From Chthoniobacterales bacterium (lineage in GTDB: Bacteria; Verrucomicrobiota; Verrucomicrobiia; Chthoniobacterales; JACTMZ01), in contig JAFMJK010000003.1 in the NCBI GenBank assembly GCA_017853515.1, positions 1 to 34,882 of the forward strand: 34,882 nt of DNA, in the 5' to 3' direction. The position numbers and the translations under genes are program-made. Position 1 is the first letter of the stretch. Every line of letters starts with the position of its first letter. Positions 1-8,071 of this stretch are shown one piece after another. The notes under the pieces were generated by a model. That model did no database searches. It was not told the DNA's origin and was given only the letters and a program-made list of their open reading frames with translations.

Positions 1-20
1 GCGAGCCGCTCGTCCCTACC
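1..20 (-). repeat. Partial GTAG-type REP-like element (type A), truncated by window edge
   Basis: Reverse complement reads GGTAGGGACGAGCGGCTCGC. It shares the GTCCCTACC end with the element at 15384-15409. Confidence 0.55.
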
Positions 21-58
21 TCAAGTAACAAAGTCTAAAATCTTTTGGGACTTGGCAT

Positions 59-95
59 GACTTGTAGCGGCGGTCTGCGACCGCCGCTACAAGTC
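59..95. repeat. Perfect 17-bp inverted repeat, GTAG-type REP-like (type B); may also act as terminator or RNA stabiliser downstream of livF
   Basis: GACTTGTAGCGGCGGTC-tgc-GACCGCCGCTACAAGTC. It shares the CGCCGCTACA end with 15427-15451. Confidence 0.7.
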
Positions 96-126
96 GGCGA
101 ATGTCATCGCCGCGCCCGACGGGCGC

Positions 127-843
127 TCAGGCCGCGCCGAGGTAGGCTTCGCGCACGCGGGGATTGACGAGCAATTCGGCGGCGGGTCCCTCGAGGACGA
201 GGTTGCCCGTCTCGAGGAGGCAGGCTCGGTGGGCGAGGCGCAGCGCCATGTTGGCGTTCTGTTCGACGAGGAGGATGGTTGTGCCTTTCTCGTTCAATTG
301 CCGGATGACGCCGAAAATTTCCTGCACGAGTTTCGGGGCGAGCCCCATGGAAGGTTCGTCGAGGATGAGGATTTTCGCTTCGCTCATCAGGGCGCGTCCG
401 ACCGCGAGCATCTGTTGTTCCCCGCCGCTCAAGGTGCCGGCCATTTGTGTCGCGCGCTCGCGCAGGCGCGGGAAAATACCCATGACCATGTCGAGGTCGC
501 GCGCGCGCGCCGCCTTGTCGTTCCGGATCCACCCGCCGAGTTGCAGATTTTCCATCACGGTGAGGCCGCCGAAAATTCCGCGTCCTTCCGGCACGTGGGA
601 TAGTCCGAGCCGCAGGATGCGGTCGGGTGAGAGGCCGCGCAGGTCTTTTCCCTGCAGCGTGACTGCACCTTCGCAGGGCAACATGCCGGAGAGGGCGCGC
701 AGCGTGGTTGTTTTGCCCGCGCCATTGGCGCCGACGAGGGCGAGGATTTCGCCGCACTCGACGTGAAAGCTGATGCCTTTGACCGCGCGGATGTCGCCGT
801 AGCGCACCACGAGGTTTTCCACGCGCAGCATGGGATCACTCAT
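127..843 (-). CDS. livF: Branched-chain amino acid ABC transporter ATP-binding protein LivF
   Basis: Walker A GANGAGKTT, VPEGRGIF, signature LSGGEQQMLA, Walker B ILILDEPSMGLAP, LLVEQN, C-terminal VREAYLG. Confidence 0.95.
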   Translation of the reverse strand: MSDPMLRVENLVVRYGDIRAVKGISFHVECGEILALVGANGAGKTTTLRALSGMLPCEGAVTLQGKDLRGLSPDRILRLGLSHVPEGRGIFGGLTVMENLQLGGWIRNDKAARARDLDMVMGIFPRLRERATQMAGTLSGGEQQMLAVGRALMSEAKILILDEPSMGLAPKLVQEIFGVIRQLNEKGTTILLVEQNANMALRLAHRACLLETGNLVLEGPAAELLVNPRVREAYLGAA

Positions 844-1612
844 GGCCGTCCTCCTGGCCGAGATAGGCCTCGATGACCTTCGGATCGTTGCGCACTTCGT
901 CCGGGCTGCCTTCGGCGATGGTTTTTCCGAAATCGAGCACGGTGATGCGGTCGCAGAAGGTCATGACCAATTGCATGTGGTGCTCGATGAGCAGCATGGT
1001 CACCGAGAAATGGTCGCGCAGCCATCCGAGGAATTCGACCAGCTTGAGCGTTTCGGCCGAGTTCATGCCGGCGGCGGGTTCGTCGAGCAGGAGGAGCGAC
1101 GGTTGCAGGGCCATGGCGCGGGCGATTTCCAAACGGCGCTGCGATCCGTAGGGCAAGTCGCCGGCCCGTTCGTAGGCTGCATCGACAAGCCCGAATTTTT
1201 CCAGCAGGTCCGTGCAATGTTCGATGCTCTCCTGTTCCGCGCGGCGCGCGGAGGGAAGCTGGACCATGGCACCCGGCCACGAGTAGCGGGCGTGCGCGTC
1301 GTGCGCGATGCGCACATTGTCGAGCACGGTGAGGTCGCGGAAGAGACGGATGTTCTGGAACGTGCGGGCGATGCCGCCGCGCGCGATGGCGCTGGGACGG
1401 CGGCCGGAGATGATTTCGCCGCGGAAGAGGACGTCGCCCGCGGTCGGGGTGTAGATGCCGGTGATGACATTGAACGCGGTGGTCTTGCCCGCGCCGTTGG
1501 GGCCGATGATCCCGTGGGCGTGACCTTGCGTCACCTCGAGGTTCAGATCGGCGACGGCAACCAATCCGCCGAAGCGCATGGTGACGTCGCGCACTTCGAG
1601 CAGCGCGCTCAT
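836..1612 (-). CDS. livG: Branched-chain amino acid ABC transporter ATP-binding protein LivG
   Basis: C-terminal part of ORF 836..2344, starting MSALLEVRDVTMRFGGL. Motifs GPNGAGKTT, RTFQNIRLF, LPYGSQRRLEIARA, LLLDEPAAG, IEHHM, VIEAYLG. ATG at 1612 overlaps the livM stop (ATGA). Confidence 0.95.
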   Translation of the reverse strand: MSALLEVRDVTMRFGGLVAVADLNLEVTQGHAHGIIGPNGAGKTTAFNVITGIYTPTAGDVLFRGEIISGRRPSAIARGGIARTFQNIRLFRDLTVLDNVRIAHDAHARYSWPGAMVQLPSARRAEQESIEHCTDLLEKFGLVDAAYERAGDLPYGSQRRLEIARAMALQPSLLLLDEPAAGMNSAETLKLVEFLGWLRDHFSVTMLLIEHHMQLVMTFCDRITVLDFGKTIAEGSPDEVRNDPKVIEAYLGQEDGHE

Positions 1613-2586
1613 TTTTTGTCCTCCTTGGCCGGAAATTCGCGGCGCGGGACGAACCAGGGAAATTCGCGCATGCCCATGATGCCGCGCGGACGGAAGAGCA
1701 TGAGCAGGACGAGAATGAGCGGCAGAATGACCATGCGCCAGGTGCCGAGCGGCTGGAGAACCTGGGCGAGAATGGTGAACGCGGCGGCGCCGAGGATGGA
1801 TCCGCCGAGCGAACCGATGCCGCCGAGGTAGACCATGACGAGGATCTCGGTCGATTTGACGATGTCGAAGACTCCGGGGTTGATGAATTGCAGTTGGTGG
1901 GCGAAGAGCGCGCCGGCCACGCCGCCGAAAAACGAAGAGACGACGAAGGCGGCGAGCTTGGCTTTGCGCGTGTCCACGCCCATGGCATTCGCGGCGATCT
2001 CGTCCTCGCGCACCGCGACGATGCCGCGTCCGAAGCGCGAATAGACGAGGTTCCGGATGGCCCAGAGGGTGAGAACAGTCCACACCGCGGTCCAAAGCAG
2101 CGTGGTGTGGTTGCCGATGCCGAGGAAACCGCGCGGTCCGCCGACATACGGGATATTTTCGATCCCGGACTTCACGATCATGAGGAAAGCGAGCGTGATG
2201 ATGGCGAGGTAATCGCCGCGGGTTTTGAACGAGAGCAGTCCGAGGAGCAAGCCGACCGCGCCGGCGAGCAGTCCGCCGGCCATCACGGCGAGCGGGAACA
2301 TCCAGAGCGGGTCGCCCCAGCCGAGCCATTTGACCGAGACGCAAGCGGAGAGATAGGCGCCGAGGGCCATGAATCCGGCGTGCCCGACGGAAAATTCACC
2401 CATCCATCCGTTCACCAGGTTGAGACTGACGCAAAGGATGATGTTGATCCCGAGCGTGATGAGCACGAAGCGGACGTAATCGTCGACCAGTCCGAATTGT
2501 TCGATGGCGAAACACGCGGCCAGACCGGCGGCGAGCAACGCGAGCAGCACGCCGCGCGGCGGGGGTTGTTTGAACCACCGCATCAT
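1609..2586 (-). CDS. livM: Branched-chain amino acid ABC transporter permease LivM
   Basis: Hydrophobic. Motifs SLNLVNGWMGEFSVGHAGF, RGDYLAIITLAF, GRGIVAVREDEIAANAMGV, LGGIGS, RPRGIMG. Confidence 0.93.
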   Translation of the reverse strand: MMRWFKQPPPRGVLLALLAAGLAACFAIEQFGLVDDYVRFVLITLGINIILCVSLNLVNGWMGEFSVGHAGFMALGAYLSACVSVKWLGWGDPLWMFPLAVMAGGLLAGAVGLLLGLLSFKTRGDYLAIITLAFLMIVKSGIENIPYVGGPRGFLGIGNHTTLLWTAVWTVLTLWAIRNLVYSRFGRGIVAVREDEIAANAMGVDTRKAKLAAFVVSSFFGGVAGALFAHQLQFINPGVFDIVKSTEILVMVYLGGIGSLGGSILGAAAFTILAQVLQPLGTWRMVILPLILVLLMLFRPRGIMGMREFPWFVPRREFPAKEDKK

Positions 2587-3458
2587 ACTTTTTGCACGGA
2601 GGGACGCCCGAGGAGTCCGTAGGGTTTGAAGACGAGAATGACGAGGAGAAGCGAATAGACGACGAGGTCGCGGTAGGTCGAAGGCAGAATGGTGACGGTG
2701 AAGACTTCAACCGCGCCGAGAACGTAGGCGCCAAGGACCGCGCCGCGCACATTGCCGATGCCGCCGATGACCGCGGCGACGAACGCTTTCCATCCGACCA
2801 GCACGCCCATCGTCGCGCTGATCACCGGATAAGCCGACGCGTAGAGCACGCCGGCCGCGCCGCCCAGGGCCGCGCCGATGGCGAAGGTCATGGCGATGAT
2901 CTGGTTGACCGGCACGCCCATGAGCGGGACGGAGATGCGATCCTGCGCGATGGCGCGCATGGCCATGCCGTAACGCGTTTTGCGGATGAAGAAATCGAGG
3001 GCGATCATCAGTCCGACCGACACGCCGATGATGAGAACTTGCAGGGAGGAAACGGTGACGCCGCCGAAGTGCTGCAGGACGGGCACGAACAGCTCCGGCA
3101 TGCGCTGCGAGTATGGGCTGAGGCTGAGCGTGGTGTTCTGGATGACGAGTCCGCAGCCGAGCGCGGTGATGATGGCCGAGACCCGGGGCGCGTTGCGGAG
3201 CGGGCGGTAGGCGAGGCGCTCGATGGCCACGCCGAGGATGGCGGTGGCCAGCATGACGATGATCAGCGCGGCGCCGAAGGGGACGGGCAGAACGAGCAGC
3301 AGGAGAAAACAGAAGAACGAGCTGACCATGAAGACGTCGCCGTGGGCGAAGTTGATCATGACCAGCACGCCGTAGACCATGCTGTAACCCAGCGCGATCA
3401 GCGCATAGATCGAGCCGAGTTGGACGGCGTTGATGGCCTGCTGCGCGAAGTAATCCAT
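2583..3458 (-). CDS. livH: Branched-chain amino acid ABC transporter permease LivH
   Basis: Motifs LGSIYALIALGYSMVYGVLVMINFAHG, IERLAYRPLR, GMAMRAIAQD, KAFVAAVIGGIGN, KPYGLLG. Confidence 0.95.
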   Translation of the reverse strand: MDYFAQQAINAVQLGSIYALIALGYSMVYGVLVMINFAHGDVFMVSSFFCFLLLLVLPVPFGAALIIVMLATAILGVAIERLAYRPLRNAPRVSAIITALGCGLVIQNTTLSLSPYSQRMPELFVPVLQHFGGVTVSSLQVLIIGVSVGLMIALDFFIRKTRYGMAMRAIAQDRISVPLMGVPVNQIIAMTFAIGAALGGAAGVLYASAYPVISATMGVLVGWKAFVAAVIGGIGNVRGAVLGAYVLGAVEVFTVTILPSTYRDLVVYSLLLVILVFKPYGLLGRPSVQKV

Positions 3459-3475
3459 GCGCCCGGCTCAGGCGG

Positions 3476-4642
3476 TCACGGCTGCGCGTTGGTGACCCAC
3501 TGGAACGCGCCGTCCTTGATCTGCAGGACGACCGCGCTCTTCAACGGATCGCCCGAACCGGGTTCGAAGCGGAAGGTTCCGGTGACGCCTTTGTATTCGC
3601 GGATTTTGGCCAGCGCCTCGCGCAGGGCCTCGCGGTCGTTCTTGCCGCCTTCTTTGAGCGCCTCGGTGATCAGGCCGCACGCGTCATAGGTGAGGGCGGC
3701 GACATCGTCGGGAGCCTGTCCGTATTTCGCGGTGTAGTCGGTGACGAATTGCTTCGCCTCGTCGGTCGCGATCTGGGTCGAGAAGTGGTTGCAGAAATAC
3801 GAGCCTTCGACGTCGGCGCCGCCGAGTTTGATGATCTCGGGGGAGCTCCAGGCGTCGCTGCCGACGAATTTCGCGGTGATGCCGAGCCGGCGGGCCTGCT
3901 GCGCGATGAGCGGCACGTCGTTGTAATAGGTCGGGAGGAAAATGACGTCGGGGTTCGCTGCGCGGATGTTGGTCAGTTGCGCGGAGAAGTCCTTGTCGCC
4001 CGTGGTGAAGGTTTCGAAAGCGACGATCTCGCCGCCGTTGGCCGTGAAGGTGTCCTTGAAAAGGGTGGCCTGTCCGAGCGGAGCCTCGGAGGACACGTCA
4101 TAGAGAACCGCGGCTTTCTTGGCGCCGAGATCGTTGAGGACGAACTTGGCCAGCACGATGGCCTGGAAGGGATCGGTGAAGCATCCGCGGAACACGTATT
4201 TCTTCGGCTGGCCCGTCGTGGTATCCGTGGTGGTCTTCGGGTTGGTCGACCAGGGCGAAATCATGACGCACTTGAGGGCCTCGGCGATTTCCCCGGCCGG
4301 GATGGCGCAGGCGCTGGAGTTGGGCCCGACCATGGCGACGACATCCTGGCTGGAGATGAGTTGCTGCGCGACCGAGGCGGCTTGGTCGGCCTTGGCGCCG
4401 TTGTCGCGGATGACGAGTTCGACCTTTTTCTTTTTGCCTTCGGCCAGAGGGACACCGCCCGCGGCATTGATTTTTTCGAAAAACATCTCGGCCGCATTTT
4501 TGCTCGAGGCGCCCACCGCCGGAATTTCGCCCGTGAGTTCGATGTTCATGCCGATTTTCACGGCATCGGATTTCTGCGAGCCGCAGCCGGTCGGGAGGAG
4601 GACGGCGAGGAGCAGGGAGAGAAGGCGCAGGGTGTTGGTCAT
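3476..4642 (-). CDS. LivK/LivJ-family ABC substrate-binding lipoprotein (copy 1)
   Basis: Lipobox-like LPTGC. Motifs VKIG..ELTG, YVFRGCFTD, DKDFSAQLT, ALTYDA, YKGVTG. Directly upstream of livH. Confidence 0.92.
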   Translation of the reverse strand: MTNTLRLLSLLLAVLLPTGCGSQKSDAVKIGMNIELTGEIPAVGASSKNAAEMFFEKINAAGGVPLAEGKKKKVELVIRDNGAKADQAASVAQQLISSQDVVAMVGPNSSACAIPAGEIAEALKCVMISPWSTNPKTTTDTTTGQPKKYVFRGCFTDPFQAIVLAKFVLNDLGAKKAAVLYDVSSEAPLGQATLFKDTFTANGGEIVAFETFTTGDKDFSAQLTNIRAANPDVIFLPTYYNDVPLIAQQARRLGITAKFVGSDAWSSPEIIKLGGADVEGSYFCNHFSTQIATDEAKQFVTDYTAKYGQAPDDVAALTYDACGLITEALKEGGKNDREALREALAKIREYKGVTGTFRFEPGSGDPLKSAVVLQIKDGAFQWVTNAQP

Positions 4643-4751
4643 CGCCGTTCTTTAAGGGTGGGCCTTCCGCCCGGCAAGAGTATTCGGGCCGTCTCTTGGT
4701 ATCGGCGGGCGTAGACGAATCTGGGGGCCGACGCGAGCTTGGTGTCCCCGA

Positions 4752-5912
4752 TCAGTTGCCGAAATCGCCGATCCACTCCAGACCGGAGCCCTTGATCTGC
4801 AGCACCGGCATGGATTTCACCGGGTCGCCGGACCCGGGCTCGAAATTGTAGGTTCCCGCCACGCCCTCGAAGTTGCTGGTCCGGGCGAGCGATTCGCGCA
4901 GGGCCTCGCGCTCGTTTTTGCCGGATTTTTCCAGCGCTGCGGTCACGAGCCCGCACGCATCGTAAGTCAACGCGGCGACGTCGTCCGGGGGCGTGTTGTA
5001 TTTCGCGGTGTATTCCTCGACGAACTTGACCGTCTTCGGATCGGCGTCGCGGTGGTCGAAGTTGCGGCAGAAATAAAGTCCGTCGATGCCCAGCGCCGTC
5101 ATGCGGATGGTCTGCGGGGAATTCCAAAGTTCCGTGCCGAGAAATTTCGCGTTCAATCCCGCGGCTTCGGCCGCCTCGAGAATGTCGAGCGCGTCCTCGC
5201 AGGACGCGGCCACGAAGACGACTTCGGGTGAGGAGGACGCGATTGTTCCCACCTGCAGGGGGAAATCTTTGCCGACCGCCTCGAAGACCTTTTCCTCGAT
5301 CACTTCGCCGCCGGCTGCGGCAAAAGCTTGCTTGAATCCGGCGGCCTGTGCCGCGCCATGCGCCGAATCGGAGATGATGGCCGCGCGCCGGGCGCCGAGT
5401 TTTTTCGCGGCAAAATTGGCCATGATCCGGCCCTGCAATTCGTCGGTCGAGCCGGCGCGGAAGACGTAGCGTTTGGGCACGCCGGCCACGGGATCCATGG
5501 TGGTCATCGGATCGGGCGACCACGGGCTGATCATGACGCACTTGAGGGCCTCGGCGATGTCGGACGCGGTCGTCGCGCATTTTCCGGAATTGGGACCGAT
5601 CATCGCGATGATGTTTTCGCGCGAGATTTGCTGCTGGGCGATGGACGCGGCCTGCGTGGCGTTGGCCGCATTGTCGGCCGTGACGAGTTTCACGGGGCGT
5701 TTGCCCCCGGTCAGCTCGATGCCTCCCGCTTCGTTTTGCTTGGCGAAGAAAAGTTCCGCCGCGTTTTTGGCCGATTGGCCGATCGTCTGGATGTCGCCGG
5801 TCAGTTCGAGGTTGAGACCGACGACAACAGGATCGGGTCCGCTTTTGCCGCAGGACGCGGTCAGTGCGGCGACTCCGAGGGCGAGAAGAACAAAGAAGTT
5901 CCGCGGGCGCAT
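4752..5912 (-). CDS. LivK/LivJ-family ABC substrate-binding lipoprotein (copy 2, divergent paralog)
   Basis: Lipobox-like TASC. Colinear with copy 1, sharing EALKCVMISPWS, PDDVAALTYDACGL and FEPGSGDP. Confidence 0.9.
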   Translation of the reverse strand: MRPRNFFVLLALGVAALTASCGKSGPDPVVVGLNLELTGDIQTIGQSAKNAAELFFAKQNEAGGIELTGGKRPVKLVTADNAANATQAASIAQQQISRENIIAMIGPNSGKCATTASDIAEALKCVMISPWSPDPMTTMDPVAGVPKRYVFRAGSTDELQGRIMANFAAKKLGARRAAIISDSAHGAAQAAGFKQAFAAAGGEVIEEKVFEAVGKDFPLQVGTIASSSPEVVFVAASCEDALDILEAAEAAGLNAKFLGTELWNSPQTIRMTALGIDGLYFCRNFDHRDADPKTVKFVEEYTAKYNTPPDDVAALTYDACGLVTAALEKSGKNEREALRESLARTSNFEGVAGTYNFEPGSGDPVKSMPVLQIKGSGLEWIGDFGN

Positions 5913-5925
5913 GGGGCTGTTCGCC

Positions 5926-6393
5926 TCAGAGCGGGGGGGTGAGGAGGCGGACCTTCGGATCGAGCGCGCGGCGGTCCTTGAAGATGTTCGGCGCGGCGGT
6001 CGAGATCACATTGTAGCCGGTGAGGACGAACTCGGGATAGAACGTGTTGCTCGCCGGTTCGTAGACCTGGCCGCCGGTGAAATAGCCCTCGAGGCGGTAT
6101 TCGTAATTGTTGTCGGTGCCGAGCGTGCCTCCCTCGCGGTCGGGCGCGAGCTTGGTGTTCTCGTTCATCATGACGAGTTGCGAGGATTTCCAGGGCTGAC
6201 CCGGTTTGCGCACCCAGCCCCACATTTTGTAGTCCTTTTTGTAGTAGCGGCGGCCGATGTAGTAGTTGCCCGGCGCTTCGCCGGCGATGGCCGCGGCGAC
6301 GGAAGGACTGACGCCTCCGGTGGTCGTTTCGCAGCCGGTGAGGGGGAGAAGGGCCGCGGCGAGGAGAAGCGGAAGAAAATGTCCGGGACGCAC
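5926..6393 (-). CDS. Hypothetical lipoprotein
   Basis: Signal peptide with lipobox LTGC and normal globular composition. Ends 13 nt before the LivK copy 2 start. GTG at 6393 preferred over TTG at 6396 because of promoter spacing. Confidence 0.8.
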   Translation of the reverse strand: MRPGHFLPLLLAAALLPLTGCETTTGGVSPSVAAAIAGEAPGNYYIGRRYYKKDYKMWGWVRKPGQPWKSSQLVMMNENTKLAPDREGGTLGTDNNYEYRLEGYFTGGQVYEPASNTFYPEFVLTGYNVISTAAPNIFKDRRALDPKVRLLTPPL

Positions 6394-6399
6394 CAACCC

Positions 6400-6427
6400 A
6401 AACTAGATCGGCCGCGGCGGCGGTCAA
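6400..6427 (-). promoter_or_regulatory. Putative sigma70-type promoter TTGACC-N16-TAGTTT for the lipoprotein-liv operon
   Basis: Minus-strand TTGACC at 6427-6422 and TAGTTT at 6405-6400. Identical boxes and spacing recur at 13925-13952. Confidence 0.55.
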
Positions 6428-6473
6428 GACTGCGCGACTCGCTTCCGGCACCGGAGCATGTCATCCTGCCTCC

Positions 6474-7538
6474 GTGATTTCTTTGCTCGGAGAAACGCTC
6501 GACTCGCTCACCGAATCGCTCGGCGCCATGGGACAGAAACCCTACCGCGCTCGGCAGATCATGGATTGGCTCCACGAGAAACGCGTGGGCGACTTTGCGT
6601 CCATGACCGATCTGCCGGCGGAGCTGCGCGGGCAGCTTGCCGAAAAATATCCCGCGTCGCAGCTCGGGCAGGTGCGCATGAGCGGGTCGGAAGACACCAC
6701 CCGCAAATTCCTGTTCCGCCTGCCCGACGGACAATTCATCGAAAGCGTTTTCATCCCGGCCTCGCCCGCGCTCTACGGCGAGACGTCGGACCGCAAAACG
6801 CTTTGCGTCTCGACGCAGGTCGGTTGCGCCTACGGTTGCAAATTCTGCGCCAGCGGGTTGCGCGGCTGGAAACGCAACCTCACCGCGGGCGAAATCACCG
6901 CGCAGGTCATGCACGTCGAGCAGACGACCGGCGAGCGCGTGGACAACATCGTCTTCATGGGCATGGGCGAACCGCTGGCCAATTGGAAAAATTTGTCGGT
7001 GGCCATCGAAATCCTCAATGCGCCGTGGGGATTCGAGATCGGCGCGCGGCACATCACGGTTTCGACCAGCGGCCTTGTCCCGCAGATCCGCGAACTCGCG
7101 GATCACGCGGTGCCGGTGCGGCTGGCCATCTCGCTGCACGGCGCGACGGACGAGGTGCGCGAGCAGATCATGCCGGTGAACAAAAAGTATCCGCTCAAGG
7201 AACTTTTCGACGCCTGCGCCTATTTCACTTCGCGGCGCAAACAAAAGCTCGGCTTCGAATACATCCTCATCGCCGGGGTGAACGATTCGCCCGAACAAGC
7301 CCGCCTTCTTGCCGCGCACGCGCGACGGCTCGACGCCAAGGTGAACCTCATTCCCTACAACACGGTCGAGGGACTCGAGTGGGAACGCCCGAGCGAGGCG
7401 CGCCAGCAGGAATTCGTCCGCGCCGTGCGCGCCGGAGGGGTCGTCGCCACCATCCGCCGCCAAAAAGGCCATGACATCGATGCGGCCTGCGGGCAATTGC
7501 GCCTGCGCGCGGAAGACGAGCTGGCGGCGGCTTCGTAA
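6474..7538 (+). CDS. rlmN: 23S rRNA m2A2503 / tRNA methyltransferase RlmN (radical SAM)
   Basis: Motifs CVSTQVGCAYGCKFC (CxxxCxxC), RNLTAGEI, VFMGMGEPL, LAISLH, VNLIPYN, DIDAACGQL. Confidence 0.96.
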   Translation: MISLLGETLDSLTESLGAMGQKPYRARQIMDWLHEKRVGDFASMTDLPAELRGQLAEKYPASQLGQVRMSGSEDTTRKFLFRLPDGQFIESVFIPASPALYGETSDRKTLCVSTQVGCAYGCKFCASGLRGWKRNLTAGEITAQVMHVEQTTGERVDNIVFMGMGEPLANWKNLSVAIEILNAPWGFEIGARHITVSTSGLVPQIRELADHAVPVRLAISLHGATDEVREQIMPVNKKYPLKELFDACAYFTSRRKQKLGFEYILIAGVNDSPEQARLLAAHARRLDAKVNLIPYNTVEGLEWERPSEARQQEFVRAVRAGGVVATIRRQKGHDIDAACGQLRLRAEDELAAAS

Positions 7539-7651
7539 GCGACGATCAGCACCGCCGCCTTCCCGGTGGTCGTGTTGTTTGGTCGGGCGTGGATTTCGAA
7601 TTTGCCGCCTGGCATCGCGGTGCGCTGCCGCAATGTCGGGGGCAATATCCG

Positions 7652-8071
7652 CTACGGTTTCAGCCGCGCTTCGAGCAAGCGGTAGGCGGCATCGGCTTTG
7701 GCGATTTCTCGACCGGCTTTGTCGTAGTCGCCGCGCTCGGCCTCGTGCGCTGCTTCACTCCAGGCGCGCGCCGCGTTATTGGCCATGCCTGTGACGCGTT
7801 GTTTCGCGATCTCGTCCGGTCCGTCCATCATCGCGGGCACAGCTTTGACAAACGCTCCGAGGGCATCGGTCGCGGCGTGGACCGCCGCGGCATCTTTGGC
7901 GAGAAGCGCCGTGGACACTTCCGACTGCTTGGCGGCGATGGCCGCGCGCAGCTCGGGCAAGGTCGCGGGAACCGCGATGTGCCCGTGGCTGTGACCGTGT
8001 TCGGCAGTCTCGCCGGAAACGAGCGCGGCAGAGGATGAGAGGAGAACGATGAGGGTGAGGATGTGTTTCAT
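7652..8071 (-). CDS. Small secreted His-rich, Ala-rich helical protein (139 aa), last gene of the RND operon
   Basis: C-terminal part of ORF 7652..9034, starting MKHILTLIVLLSSSAALVSG (signal peptide) then EHGHSHGH. ATG at 8071 overlaps the pump stop codon (ATGA). Confidence 0.8.
   Translation of the reverse strand: MKHILTLIVLLSSSAALVSGETAEHGHSHGHIAVPATLPELRAAIAAKQSEVSTALLAKDAAAVHAATDALGAFVKAVPAMMDGPDEIAKQRVTGMANNAARAWSEAAHEAERGDYDKAGREIAKADAAYRLLEARLKP

Noticed and set aside
1613-2344. N-terminal extension of ORF 836..2344 suggesting a LivM-LivG fusion or frameshift
   Set aside because: Arg-rich off-frame translation overlapping livM. The real livG starts at ATG 1612 with a standard ATGA overlap.
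6474-7538. Cfr antibiotic-resistance methyltransferase
   Set aside because: Housekeeping context with no mobile element, and RlmN-like motifs. A phylogeny would be needed to exclude it formally.
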